A stretch of 64,000 nt of DNA. It comes from an uncultured bacterium. Lineage in GTDB: Bacteria; CSSED10-310; CAZUFC01. Shown here piece after piece: positions 38,097 to 48,265 of this stretch. Every line of letters begins with the position of its first letter. Within the stretch, counting starts at the first letter, position 1. Location: NCBI GenBank assembly GCA_964619725.1, contig CAZUFC010000001.1, positions 128,001-192,000 of the forward strand, in the 5' to 3' direction. Below the pieces are notes generated by a model. It worked only from the letters and a program-made list of their open reading frames with translations. It was not told where the DNA came from and did not search any database. The translations under genes were made by a program, and so were the position numbers.

Positions 38097-39085
38097 TCGA
38101 AAGCGATAAAAAGAAAGTCGTCCTCATTACCGGCGTCGCCGGTTTTGTCGGAGGACCGCTGGCGGAATCCTTTCTGAAAGAAGGGATGCATGAGATTCAT
38201 GGGATAGACCTGGCGGAGTGTATGAAGGAGGAAGCCGGGTTGAAGGCTTATCCCAACTTTACTTGTCATGCCTGGCCTGAGAATGATTCGGAAAAAATTC
38301 ATCAACTCATTTCCAGAATCGAACCGGATTATATTTTTCATCTTGCCGGCGCCAGCAATGTCGCACAATCCTGGAAAACCAGAGAAATTACCTTCCGCGC
38401 TAACTTCTGGACCTGCCTTCAACTGCTGGAATCCGTCAGGCGTAATAAGCTTGATGCCAGGATTCTCATCATAGGCTCAGGAGAGCAATACGGGCTGGTA
38501 CCTGAAGAAAAACAGCCCATCAAAGAACACGAACCCTACGATCCTAGAACCCCCTATGCAGCCAGCAAAGTATGCCAGGAAATACTGGGCAGACAATACT
38601 TTCAGACGGATAAACTGAATATCGTTCTCATCAGAGCCTTCAATCATATTGGTCCCAGACAGAAACCTACGTTCGTGGCTGCAGACTTCGCCAGACAAGT
38701 CGCTGCTATCGAACTCGGTAAATGCCAACCCGTTATGCGGGTCGGCAACCTCAAAGCCAGAAGAGATTTCACCGACGTCAGGGATATGATTCGAGCATAC
38801 CGGACCGCTATAAAACGATGTCCTCCAGGGCAACCCTTCAATATCTCCTCGGAAAACACCCTTTCCATTAAACAAATTCTTGACTTCTATCTGCAGAACG
38901 CCTCTGTCCCCATCAAAGTAGAAGAGGACCCCGCTAAATTTCGTCCTGTCGATATACCGCTCATAAGCGGCGATGCTTCAAAATTTCGCAAATTCACAGG
39001 CTGGCAGCCTCAATACGATATTAAAGACACATTGACGGATATCCTCAATTTCTGGCGCCGACGGGAAGCAGATAACAAGGAATGA
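38093..39085 (+). CDS. Second Gmd/Rmd-like GDP-sugar SDR
   Basis: TGVAGFVG, GSGEQYG, PYAASK, FNHIGP, RDFTDVRD; ATGA overlap with the upstream stop. Confidence 0.85.
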   Translation: MIESDKKKVVLITGVAGFVGGPLAESFLKEGMHEIHGIDLAECMKEEAGLKAYPNFTCHAWPENDSEKIHQLISRIEPDYIFHLAGASNVAQSWKTREITFRANFWTCLQLLESVRRNKLDARILIIGSGEQYGLVPEEKQPIKEHEPYDPRTPYAASKVCQEILGRQYFQTDKLNIVLIRAFNHIGPRQKPTFVAADFARQVAAIELGKCQPVMRVGNLKARRDFTDVRDMIRAYRTAIKRCPPGQPFNISSENTLSIKQILDFYLQNASVPIKVEEDPAKFRPVDIPLISGDASKFRKFTGWQPQYDIKDTLTDILNFWRRREADNKE

Positions 39086-39089
39086 AAAA

Positions 39090-39836
39090 ATGGACCAGGA
39101 TAACGATCAGTCTCCTTTTACTGAAAATAATAAGCAGGACCGATCCACGGAACCTCCTCTGACGCCTGAATACGTCAATAAAACATCGGAGGTCTTCCCA
39201 GAACCGGAAATTGACGTCCCCGCCTGGGAGCGAAGACATGAACTGGGCTTTCTCAAATCCATCGTCGATACCCTTAATGACGTTCTGGCCAATCCGACTC
39301 GAACCTTCCGGAAAATGAAAAAATCCGGAGGCCTTGCGGTTCCGCTGACGTACGGATGGATAATGGGCATTGTGCTGGGATGCGCCGAAACCATTATCAG
39401 CCACCTGCTGACCATGAAATCCGATGAATTTGTGCGACAGATGTACCCCAGGGAAGTTCTGGAACTTTTTCCCATGCTCCTGGAACAGAGCCTGTCGTCG
39501 AAATTACTCCAGTTGATCGCTTTCGTAACCATAGGCTTGTTCATCGCACCAGCCGTAATGCATATCTGTCTCTGGTTGCTCGGCGCTAAAAAGTATCCAT
39601 ACGAAGCGACCTTTAGGCTATACTCCTACACCGTCGGCAGTATCGCTCTCATTAAAGTCTTCCCCTTCTGCGGCGAACCTGTCAGATTAATCTGGCAGTT
39701 CGTTATTCTCGTCATTGCCTTAAAGCAGGTTCATCAAACTACTACCGCTAAAGCCGTTATGGCTCTTTTACCCCCCCTCATCGCCTGCTGCCTGGCTGAC
39801 GATGCATATGTTATGTTCGCCCTTACAAATCTTTAA
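39090..39836 (+). CDS. YIP1 family membrane protein
   Basis: PAWE, L.NP..TF..M, ATFR..SY; about 5 TM helices. Confidence 0.75.
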   Translation: MDQDNDQSPFTENNKQDRSTEPPLTPEYVNKTSEVFPEPEIDVPAWERRHELGFLKSIVDTLNDVLANPTRTFRKMKKSGGLAVPLTYGWIMGIVLGCAETIISHLLTMKSDEFVRQMYPREVLELFPMLLEQSLSSKLLQLIAFVTIGLFIAPAVMHICLWLLGAKKYPYEATFRLYSYTVGSIALIKVFPFCGEPVRLIWQFVILVIALKQVHQTTTAKAVMALLPPLIACCLADDAYVMFALTNL

Positions 39837-39859
39837 CCTCCAAAATAAAGCGTCTCCCC

Positions 39860-40273
39860 TTGAAAACTCAATGGAAAATACTCGCAGAACAGGATACCGA
39901 TCATGAACTGATCTGGGGAACGATCGGTTGGATAACGACTGCCATCATTCTTTTCATGCCCTCTCTGCTCCAACGCCTGCCTCCATGCCCCTTCCGATAC
40001 TTCACCGGACTCCCCTGCCCGACTTGCGGAACCGTCACGGCCCTTCGTGAATTGCTCCAGGGACGCTTCTTCCCTGCCTTGAAATCAAATCCACTGGCCG
40101 CTGTTTTCATTCCTGCAGTCGCCCTCTATATGCTTTACGCAACCTTCGTCGTCGCTGCACGATTGCCGAGACTCCGCTTGAAACATCTCTCCCCTCATCA
40201 AGAAAGAATGCTGCGCATCTCCATTCTCTCCATCATCCTAATTAATTGGATTTTTATGATTCTTACTTCTTAA
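39860..40273 (+). CDS. DUF2752 family membrane protein
   Basis: CPFRYFTGLPCPTCGT...G...A..NPL. Confidence 0.85.
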   Translation: MKTQWKILAEQDTDHELIWGTIGWITTAIILFMPSLLQRLPPCPFRYFTGLPCPTCGTVTALRELLQGRFFPALKSNPLAAVFIPAVALYMLYATFVVAARLPRLRLKHLSPHQERMLRISILSIILINWIFMILTS

Positions 40274-40288
40274 AGGATTTATGTAACC

Positions 40289-41545
40289 ATGTCCACAATT
40301 GACGCAAAAGATTGGCATAATTACCTCGTAAATTTCGTGTTCAATGAAAAAAATGATCTTTTTTCAAACGAACAAAAAAAGACGCAGGCGCTGAAACTTA
40401 ATCTTAACGGCAGAGAATACGACGCTTACGTCAATGAATTCTGGACCTCGAGACAAAGGCAGATGAACTCGATCCATGAAATCTCATACAGAGCTTGTTT
40501 CAAACCCCAATTGCCTGAGTTTTTCATTAAAAAAATGACCCGGACCGGAGACACGGTTTACGATCCGTTCTCAGGAAGAGGTACGACCGTATTGGCGGCA
40601 GCATTGGAGGATCGCAACATTATATCGAATGATATTAATCCTTTAAGCGAAATTCTGGTTAGGCCCCGGCTTTTTATACCTGAGCTGCATAAAGTGGAAG
40701 ACCGTCTTGATTCTCTGGAATACGATAAAGATATTGAATCCGGTCTCGACCTCTCCATGTTTTATCATCCAAAAACAGAAGCTGAACTGGCGTCATTAAG
40801 GAATTATCTTATTGAACGAAAATCGTCCGGAAAAGAAGACCATATCGACCGATGGATAAGAATGGTCGCAACGAATCGGTTGACGGGACATTCAAGAGGT
40901 TTCTTCTCGGTCTATACGCTGCCGCCCAACCAGGCCGTATCGCAAAAAAGTCAAATAAGAATCAACAAAAAAAGAGACCAGAAACCGGAATACAGGGATA
41001 CGAAAAAATTAATCATGAAAAAAAGCAAAAGTCTGCTGAAAAATATGACTCTGCCGCTTAAAAACCGTATCAAAAAGATCGGCGAACGGGCCCTCTTCAT
41101 CAGCAAAGATGCCGGAGAAACGTCAGAAATTCAGGATCATTCCGTCGATTTAACCGTAACCTCACCGCCGTTCCTGGATGTCGTCCAATATGATGCGGAC
41201 AACTGGCTGCGATGCTGGTTTAACGGCCTGGATGCAAAAAATATTGCCCGGGGAATTACCATGAGCACGTCAATCGACATATGGTGCGACGTGATGATCA
41301 GTATATTTCGTGAATTATATCGCATTACCAGGCCGGGAGGATATGTAGCTTTTGAAGTAGGTGAAGTTAAACGCGGAAAGCTCAACCTCGAAGAATACGT
41401 CCTGCCGATGGGTAGAAAAACAGGTTTTCATTGCGCAGGAATAATGATCAATCGCCAGAATTTCACGAAAACAGCCAATATCTGGGGTATAGAAAACAAC
41501 AAAAAAGGCACTAATTCCAACCGCATCGTCATCTTACAAAAATAG
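40289..41545 (+). CDS. Orphan amino (N4-C/N6-A) DNA methyltransferase
   Basis: Motif I YDPFSGRGTT precedes motif IV VTSPPF; RITRPGG. Confidence 0.8.
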   Translation: MSTIDAKDWHNYLVNFVFNEKNDLFSNEQKKTQALKLNLNGREYDAYVNEFWTSRQRQMNSIHEISYRACFKPQLPEFFIKKMTRTGDTVYDPFSGRGTTVLAAALEDRNIISNDINPLSEILVRPRLFIPELHKVEDRLDSLEYDKDIESGLDLSMFYHPKTEAELASLRNYLIERKSSGKEDHIDRWIRMVATNRLTGHSRGFFSVYTLPPNQAVSQKSQIRINKKRDQKPEYRDTKKLIMKKSKSLLKNMTLPLKNRIKKIGERALFISKDAGETSEIQDHSVDLTVTSPPFLDVVQYDADNWLRCWFNGLDAKNIARGITMSTSIDIWCDVMISIFRELYRITRPGGYVAFEVGEVKRGKLNLEEYVLPMGRKTGFHCAGIMINRQNFTKTANIWGIENNKKGTNSNRIVILQK

Positions 41546-41659
41546 TCTGACAAGAGCATACCTCACCCTACAAACATTAAGCCCCTGTCCGTATAAACCG
41601 GTTAACTTCCCGTGAAATAAGTTTTCTCGATGCATCTGCCTGAAAAATATTCGCCGGAA

Positions 41660-41965
41660 TCAGGTCCAGTAACCGATCAGATAAATGACGATTTTGCCGG
41701 AAAGAGAACCGGTTACGTTATCCAAAAATTTTCCGGACAAAAACAGCTTCCCAAGACGTACACTGTGATAAAATATTAGTGAGACGCCGAGTGTATAAGC
41801 GGTAAGGTGCGAGAAAAGCAGTTTTTCAACCAATCGGATTCTTTTCTTTTTAATCGTTTCATATGTCGTTAAAGGAATAGCTGCCGCCATCGCCAGGTAA
41901 ATCAGCGGACCAAAAAGATGATACGAAATCGCAGTTACAATATTTGAAATAATCGAGTGTTTCAA
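41660..41965 (-). pseudogene. Possible truncated DUF2752-like membrane protein (C-terminal half only)
   Basis: AISYHLFGP and hydrophobic helices; in-frame TAA just upstream; no Cys motif and no RBS. Confidence 0.3.
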
Positions 41966-42011
41966 CGTAGCCTCGCCTTAATGACCATTATGCAGAGGAT
42001 GAAAGGCTGCC

Positions 42012-44066
42012 CTAGTCGACGTAACCCAGACTTTTCAAAGCATCCTTCTGGTAATGATCCAATACCGGATTCAACCTTTCGCCGGCAATGACTATTCTGT
42101 CGTATGAGGCCAGATACAACTCCAGCTCGGCAGCCATTTTCTGCGTCAGTTTTTTTCTTTCGGAAGAACAATCAACGGTTTCCATTTTCATTTTACTCAA
42201 ATCGAACAGTTGGTGATTGCCGTCGGAATGATGGATGAGTTTCCAGGGATACTGGATCAGGCATTTAAGATCGCCTTCGAAGATGTTTCTACCGCTGATG
42301 TCGGTTCTGGGATGTTCGGCGCCGAAAACCTCAGCCACAAGTCCCGGATCATCGGGACGTTGAGGCGGAGATAAACCTGCGGCTCTCAAAATGAGGTCAT
42401 GAAGTTGCAGGCAGTTTTCCGGCAATTTTACGGTCAAAGCTTCCGCATGTTGCTTATTTTCCGGGGTGGAAATAATGCAGGGGACCTGAATTTCCTGAGT
42501 ATAAAGCGTATTGGAATGCTTGAGCAGACCATGTTCGCCCATGGATTCTCCATGATCCGAGAGTATGACTACAAGCGTATCGGAATGATTAATTTCATTC
42601 AACAACCGGATCATACAGCGGTCTACGTATTGCAATTCATGTTGATACAGCGTCCAGAGAAAATTCAGTTCATCTTTCGTCAAAGCGGAACCGGTTTTCA
42701 GCAATTTCGATTTTATTTTTTCTATCGGTTCGCCGTCCCTGATCCAGCCGCTGCCGGCGATTTTTTTACGGAGTTTCCAATATTCAGGCGGCAGATAAGG
42801 GGAGTGAGCATCGAAAATGTTGACGAACAAAAAGAAAGGTTGCGTTTTTTTCATGTTGCGGAGTAATGCTATGGCCTTATCCGTTATGCGTTTACCGTTA
42901 CGATAGGGAGTGGCGGTATCGTAGCCGAAAACTGGAAAAGGAAAATCCTCGATGATTCTTCTTATCGGAATACATCGGAACAGAAGCGTTTTCTGTATCA
43001 TTTTATAGATTTCGTTTCTTTCCGCATCGTAATAGTCGAATCCTTGATTCAGTCCGTATCGCGGAGACAAAGGACCGAAGTTTCCGCTGACGGCTGCAGT
43101 TACGTAACCCTTGCTTGAAAGTCTTTCCGCAAGCGTCGGCAATTTTTTTGAGAGTTTATACGCATAAAAAGGAGGATCGGGATCATCGAAACGAGGTTTA
43201 TGTGCGCCGTGAATGCTTGAGGGGTATCCTGTGAACAGGGTTGCATGCGTGGGCAGCGATGACGGCGCTGGAACCGTAAAGTAGGGCAGCATGGCTTTTG
43301 ATTCGGCATATTTGAGCAGATTCGGCATGAGAGGTTCACAATCTTGATTTCGCAAAAGAGCTTCAGGACGAACCGTGTCGATTATGATAAGAACGACATT
43401 CTGGCCGCCGGCGTTTTCTTTTGGTGAAAATTCAGGCAGCTCGGTTTCCGGTGAAAAAAATCCCCAGCAGGCCGTGAAAGCTATCAGAGATAAATAAATA
43501 ACCTTCAACGGAAAGGAATAACGGTATCGTCCTTTTTCTTTCGATATTGCGCCGAAAACCTGAAAAATTCCTACGCTGATGAAAAACCATAACGAACCCC
43601 ACACAACATTCATCCAGCCTCCGCTTTCCAGCAGTGAACCCTTGGCGGCAAGAGATGCAAACGCCGTGGTGAAAAAAAGCGCTCCAGAATTCCGTTTGTT
43701 TAATTCGAAATCGGCAGACTTTCCCCAAAAAAGCGTTAATAATAACAAAACAAGCGTTCCTGAAATTATCGGGACAGGATGAAGAACATCATTGCCGGAC
43801 GTCAGAATCATCATTCCAAGAGTAAAAAAATAGCCGACGGATAATCCGTATCCCAAAATCTTAAAAAATTTGATGCAAAGAAAAATGGGAAGGATCAGGG
43901 CGACATGAGCTGCAGCCAGCCGCAACGGTAGATCGACAGGCGTCTCCGTCATCCTGAAAACGATCGCCGTACCCTCGACCGCATATAAACTCAGCGCCGT
44001 AAAAACTGCCGTCTTTAACGAAGCGTATTTTTTTTCGTTTTCACATTGCGTTGTCGAACGTTGCAT
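42012..44066 (-). CDS. Membrane-anchored sulfatase-like / alkaline-phosphatase-superfamily hydrolase or transferase
   Basis: About 6 TM helices, then IIIDTVR, SLPTHATLFTG, DAHSPY, SDHGE, terminal LKSLGYV. Confidence 0.85.
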   Translation of the reverse strand: MQRSTTQCENEKKYASLKTAVFTALSLYAVEGTAIVFRMTETPVDLPLRLAAAHVALILPIFLCIKFFKILGYGLSVGYFFTLGMMILTSGNDVLHPVPIISGTLVLLLLTLFWGKSADFELNKRNSGALFFTTAFASLAAKGSLLESGGWMNVVWGSLWFFISVGIFQVFGAISKEKGRYRYSFPLKVIYLSLIAFTACWGFFSPETELPEFSPKENAGGQNVVLIIIDTVRPEALLRNQDCEPLMPNLLKYAESKAMLPYFTVPAPSSLPTHATLFTGYPSSIHGAHKPRFDDPDPPFYAYKLSKKLPTLAERLSSKGYVTAAVSGNFGPLSPRYGLNQGFDYYDAERNEIYKMIQKTLLFRCIPIRRIIEDFPFPVFGYDTATPYRNGKRITDKAIALLRNMKKTQPFFLFVNIFDAHSPYLPPEYWKLRKKIAGSGWIRDGEPIEKIKSKLLKTGSALTKDELNFLWTLYQHELQYVDRCMIRLLNEINHSDTLVVILSDHGESMGEHGLLKHSNTLYTQEIQVPCIISTPENKQHAEALTVKLPENCLQLHDLILRAAGLSPPQRPDDPGLVAEVFGAEHPRTDISGRNIFEGDLKCLIQYPWKLIHHSDGNHQLFDLSKMKMETVDCSSERKKLTQKMAAELELYLASYDRIVIAGERLNPVLDHYQKDALKSLGYVD

Positions 44067-44652
44067 CTATTGCCCTTGCATAATTTCACTCAAAAAATAC
44101 GGTCCGCTGTCCGTTTCTCCTCAGTTCCGATATGAAATACAAGTTTCATCCGAAACGAGCAGATCAGCATATATTCAGTAAAATTGCATCGAAAGTCAAT
44201 GCTTTTTGAAAAATAGTTCAAGGAAGAACGCGGTATTCAAACAACTCCGCATCCTGACGCGATTCCTGAAAATTTCGCCGTTTATGGACAGGCGCTCGAC
44301 TAATGTTCTGAATATGGTATATTGACGGAGGTCCGGCGACTTCGGGCGGGACCGGAGGCTCTATTGTATTGAAAAATGAGGGTGAAAGGCTGCTGCGTTG
44401 TTTTTTTTTCATCTTTTTTCAAAGGTTTTGTCGACATTGATCTGGAGTGAGGTGATTTTACCGGCGGGAACGTTATGCCTCTGAAATGGTGACGTCATTG
44501 CCGATGTTCAAAGATAAAAGCAGGCATTCATTTGCATAATTGCGGAATAAATGTTCACGCGCTGGACTTGTCGGAATTTTTGAAAGGAACGGGAAGTCCC
44601 AGTTGTCTCATCATGCCCCTGGAGAGAAAAGAATCATAAATTCATCCGTCCT

Positions 44653-45999
44653 ATGAATCAAGAACTCAAGTTTAAAACTATATTCCTTTTTTGGGTTCCT
44701 CTCGCCGCAACCTGGCTTATGATGGCGATCGAAGGTCCATACGTTTCGGCTGTCATAGCGCGGTTAAGCGAACCGAAATACAATCTGGCGGCCTTCGGGA
44801 TAGCGATTGCCCTGGGTCTGCTGGTAGAAGCCCCTATCATTATGATCATGAGCGCGGCCGTAGCCCTGGTCAAAGATCGTGAAACTTACAGACGGGTCAG
44901 AAATTTCTCCTTCGCATTAAATTTCGGCGTTACCGCTGTGATGGCTATACTGGTTACGCCGCCCGTTTTTCGTTTTATTGCGGAAGATATCATCGGACTG
45001 CCGCCGCCGGTCGCTCATCTGGCTCACATCGCCTCCATAATTCTGCTGCCGTGGCCCGGCGCCATAGGGTTCAGAAGATTCTATCAGGGAATTCTTATAA
45101 AATACGATCTCACCCGGCGTGTGGCCTATGGAACCGCCGTCCGGCTCACCGCCATGTCGCTCACCGCTTTGCTCCTTTATCTGCTCGATTCGCTGGAAGG
45201 CGCCTATATCGGAACTGCCGCTCTATCCATGGGCGTCGTTTCAGAATCTCTCGCCGTCAGGTTGATGACGCACAAAACCGTTGTGAAAATCAAAAAACAG
45301 AAAAGGTCTCCCGAAGACCAAAAAACCGCTGAAGAACCGCCTACATATTGGGAAATAACAAAATTCTATTACCCGTTAGCCCTGTCATCCATAATGGGTT
45401 TAGCTATCGTTCCCATGATAAACTTCTTTCTCGGCAGAAGCAGACTCGCCGTCGAATCCCTGGCCGTTCTGCCTGTCATTAACGGGCTTAATTTTCTTTT
45501 TGTTAGCCTGGCGCTGTCATTTCAGGAAGTCAGCATCGCTCTTCTAAGTGAAAATCGAAAAAATTATCCGGCCGTCAGAAGTTTCGCCCTTTTGCTGGGT
45601 ATACTTCTGGTGTGCGGTTCTGTCGGCATAGCCTTCACGCCGCTCTTTATCCTTTGGTTCCATAATATCTCAGGACTCACGATGGAACTGACCGGATTGT
45701 CCGTTGGACCATATCGGATGATGGTCATTTTACCGGGACTCGTGACGCTCCTTTCCTTCCAGCGATCCATTCTGGTCCTTCACAGAAAAACCATGCCCAT
45801 AACTATTGCTACTGCCATTGAAATCATTGCCGTTTCCAGTTCATTATACGTCAGCATACATTTTTTTGATGCCATAGGCGCTTTCGCTGCCGCTCTCGCT
45901 TTCGACATCGGAAAAATAAGTTCTAACTCTTATCTGCTGATCTCCTTTGCTAAAGTCGTCCGCAGCAACTATGCGTCTCGCAGCGACTCTCACGCTTAA
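44653..45999 (+). CDS. MOP-superfamily (MATE/ANKH-like) transporter
   Basis: About 12 TM helices in two repeats, both opening with F..PLA (FWVPLA, FYYPLA); FYQGILI. Confidence 0.7.
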   Translation: MNQELKFKTIFLFWVPLAATWLMMAIEGPYVSAVIARLSEPKYNLAAFGIAIALGLLVEAPIIMIMSAAVALVKDRETYRRVRNFSFALNFGVTAVMAILVTPPVFRFIAEDIIGLPPPVAHLAHIASIILLPWPGAIGFRRFYQGILIKYDLTRRVAYGTAVRLTAMSLTALLLYLLDSLEGAYIGTAALSMGVVSESLAVRLMTHKTVVKIKKQKRSPEDQKTAEEPPTYWEITKFYYPLALSSIMGLAIVPMINFFLGRSRLAVESLAVLPVINGLNFLFVSLALSFQEVSIALLSENRKNYPAVRSFALLLGILLVCGSVGIAFTPLFILWFHNISGLTMELTGLSVGPYRMMVILPGLVTLLSFQRSILVLHRKTMPITIATAIEIIAVSSSLYVSIHFFDAIGAFAAALAFDIGKISSNSYLLISFAKVVRSNYASRSDSHA

Positions 46000-46047
46000 G
46001 CCTTGGCCTAAGCCGGATTACCAATAGCCTGACTGAGCAAATCTGCA

Positions 46048-46092
46048 GCCTGACGCAGCATTAGGGGAAATTCGCCGTTTCCGGTCAAAAAC
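46048..46092 (+). repeat. Dispersed intergenic repeat, copy 2
   Basis: Matches 29154-29198; a partial extra GCCTGAC lies at 46027. Confidence 0.85.
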
Positions 46093-46209
46093 TAAAATTA
46101 AAAACAAAAAAACTTGTCATTACTTTAATTAAATATTATAATTTAATTTGGATAACATCGAATCGAAAAAATTTTTCCGATTCGAATTATTATTTGAACG
46201 GAGGGGACC

Positions 46210-46476
46210 ATGACGATGCAACTGGAAAAAGGAGAAACCTATCACAGCGCTTTCAGAAAAGTAATGAACAGCGATACGCCGGATATCGACAAATTGAGGG
46301 AGATGTTTGAGCTGATAACGGGGCATATTGTGGAGAATGCGGAAAAGGAAATAGAATTGAGGAAGGCGATGCAGGACAAGGAGGCGGTCATCAAGGAGCA
46401 GATTAAGATGGCGGCCATGAAGCATGTGCGGGGCATTTTTCAGGAGTGTTACAAGCGCGTAAGGGAAGGGGGTTAA
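46210..46476 (+). CDS. Small helical hypothetical protein
   Basis: RBS GGAGG; 88 aa; 5 nt from the ArsR gene. Confidence 0.7.
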   Translation: MTMQLEKGETYHSAFRKVMNSDTPDIDKLREMFELITGHIVENAEKEIELRKAMQDKEAVIKEQIKMAAMKHVRGIFQECYKRVREGG

Positions 46477-46481
46477 AAGCG

Positions 46482-47063
46482 ATGAAGGTCCATAAATCGA
46501 ATCATACGGCAGAGGAGAAATTGGAATTCAAGGCGGAATTTTTCAAATCGATGGGACATCCAGTGAGGTTATTGATTTTGAATCTAATAAAAATGAAGCC
46601 TCGTCACGGACAGGAGTTGAGCGCCATACTGAAATTGAATCCGGCGACGGTTTCACATCATTTAAGCAGGTTGACCAAATCCGGTCTGTTAAAGTCGAGC
46701 AAGGACCAGTATTACCAGACCTATTCGCTGGTAAAGGGGCCGTGGGAGAAGAATCTGGGCGATATAGTATTTCTGCCTGACGAAGGAATATCCGGCAAGG
46801 TGGAGGAAGATGCTTACAGGAAGAAGGTATTGAAAGCATTCTTTCGTCACGGAAGGTTGGAGCGCATTCCTTCCCAGTTGAAGAAGAGGCTGGTGGTGCT
46901 GGAAAAAATCTTACAGGAATTCGAGTCGGACCGGGAATATACGGAACAGGAGGTGAACCGCATATTAGTGGATTTTCATGAAGATGTGGCTTCATTACGC
47001 CGGGGTATGGTTGCAAACGGATTTATGAAGCGGAGCCGGGGCATATATCGAAGGATTAATTAA
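46482..47063 (+). CDS. ArsR-family HTH regulator fused to DUF2087
   Basis: FKSMGHPVRL, ATVSHHL..L; P.QLKKR, YTEQEVN, HED.A.LRR. Confidence 0.88.
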   Translation: MKVHKSNHTAEEKLEFKAEFFKSMGHPVRLLILNLIKMKPRHGQELSAILKLNPATVSHHLSRLTKSGLLKSSKDQYYQTYSLVKGPWEKNLGDIVFLPDEGISGKVEEDAYRKKVLKAFFRHGRLERIPSQLKKRLVVLEKILQEFESDREYTEQEVNRILVDFHEDVASLRRGMVANGFMKRSRGIYRRIN

Positions 47064-47194
47064 TAAATGCAAGAGTTGTGAAGTCTTTACATGGGAGTCT
47101 TTTTCGGGAAAACTAAGGTGGGTCGGATTTATGATGTCGGGCCTGGCGACGGCAGAACGCCGGTGGAAGATTCTTCAATTAAAGGAGCGATCGT

Positions 47195-48073
47195 ATGATT
47201 GATTTCGTTTTTATAGGGGCAACGGCCTATGATCTGATCGCCAGGGTAGATCGTAATATTAAGGCGGCGGGGCATTACCGGTTTACTGAGTGGAGTTTGA
47301 GTTTCGGGGGAAAGGCCGCCAATGCAGCCGCGTACTTCGCCCGGAGCGGCGGATCAGCCGCATTTATCGGCGTTGTGGGCAGAGATTTCGAAAGCCTGGG
47401 CTACAAGAAATATCTGGAACGATTGGGAGTCGATGTGCAGGATGTCATTATTGCGGCTTCCCGGACGCCTTTGTTCGTATCAATGAGGTCCGGCGCATCG
47501 GAATATGCCTTTTGCGGGCATGCGGAAAAACTTCCGCTGAAGCCCGGGACTTTGGAGACTCATTTTAAAAAGCAACTGGTCAGAAAAGCCCCCCGAGGCG
47601 TTTACTGCACATTGTCGGAACCGGGTTTGACGTTGGAAATAATGAAAACCGCTGCCGCAGCAGGAATACGGACAGCCTGGAATCCCATATTTTACACTGA
47701 AAGCGTTCCAGAATTCGAGCACATCTTACCTTATATAGATTCCCTTTTCCTTAACCGCGCAGAAGCCGATAGACTCGTCGACATACTGGACTTACGTCTT
47801 GAAGAAATCGTCTCTAAATGCGACATAGCCTGCATCTCGGTTACGCAAGGGGCAGGCGGAGTCGATATAATCACGAAAGCAGGCATCCAGAGAATTCAGG
47901 CTGCAGATATTCCTGATCCCGTTGATGCTACGGGCGCAGGGGATGCTTATGCCGGAACGTTTCTGGCATGCTATGACAAACTAGGTGCAAACGAAATAGC
48001 CCGTTGTGCTGAAGAGGCGAACAGAGTCGCCGCTGAGACGACGTTGCGGCTTGGGGCGCAAATTCCTCTGTAA
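47195..48073 (+). CDS. PfkB/ribokinase-family carbohydrate kinase
   Basis: GGKAANAA, N..EA, VDATGAGDAY. Confidence 0.92.
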   Translation: MIDFVFIGATAYDLIARVDRNIKAAGHYRFTEWSLSFGGKAANAAAYFARSGGSAAFIGVVGRDFESLGYKKYLERLGVDVQDVIIAASRTPLFVSMRSGASEYAFCGHAEKLPLKPGTLETHFKKQLVRKAPRGVYCTLSEPGLTLEIMKTAAAAGIRTAWNPIFYTESVPEFEHILPYIDSLFLNRAEADRLVDILDLRLEEIVSKCDIACISVTQGAGGVDIITKAGIQRIQAADIPDPVDATGAGDAYAGTFLACYDKLGANEIARCAEEANRVAAETTLRLGAQIPL

Positions 48074-48265
48074 AATTTGCTGATGCGAATAATCAAGCGA
48101 TTGACGTCTGGAATGAAGGTTAAAATCACTATGAAACACGCAAATCTTTGCGATAAACAGATCGACTGAGAATTTAAACTATATTTCCCCTATTTTTTTT
48201 GAATAGGGGAATTCTTTTATGATAAGATTTTTATGATTTAAACTGAAAGTTGAAAGGAGAATGAA

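Noticed and set aside
20052-44066. FGE protein and sulfatase as an activator-enzyme pair
   Set aside because: They are about 20 kb apart; the FGE fold lacks catalytic Cys and the sulfatase lacks CxPxR.
44521-44537. Sigma-54-like GGCATTCATTTGC before the MATE-like gene
   Set aside because: GG-GC spacing is 9 nt, not the required 10.
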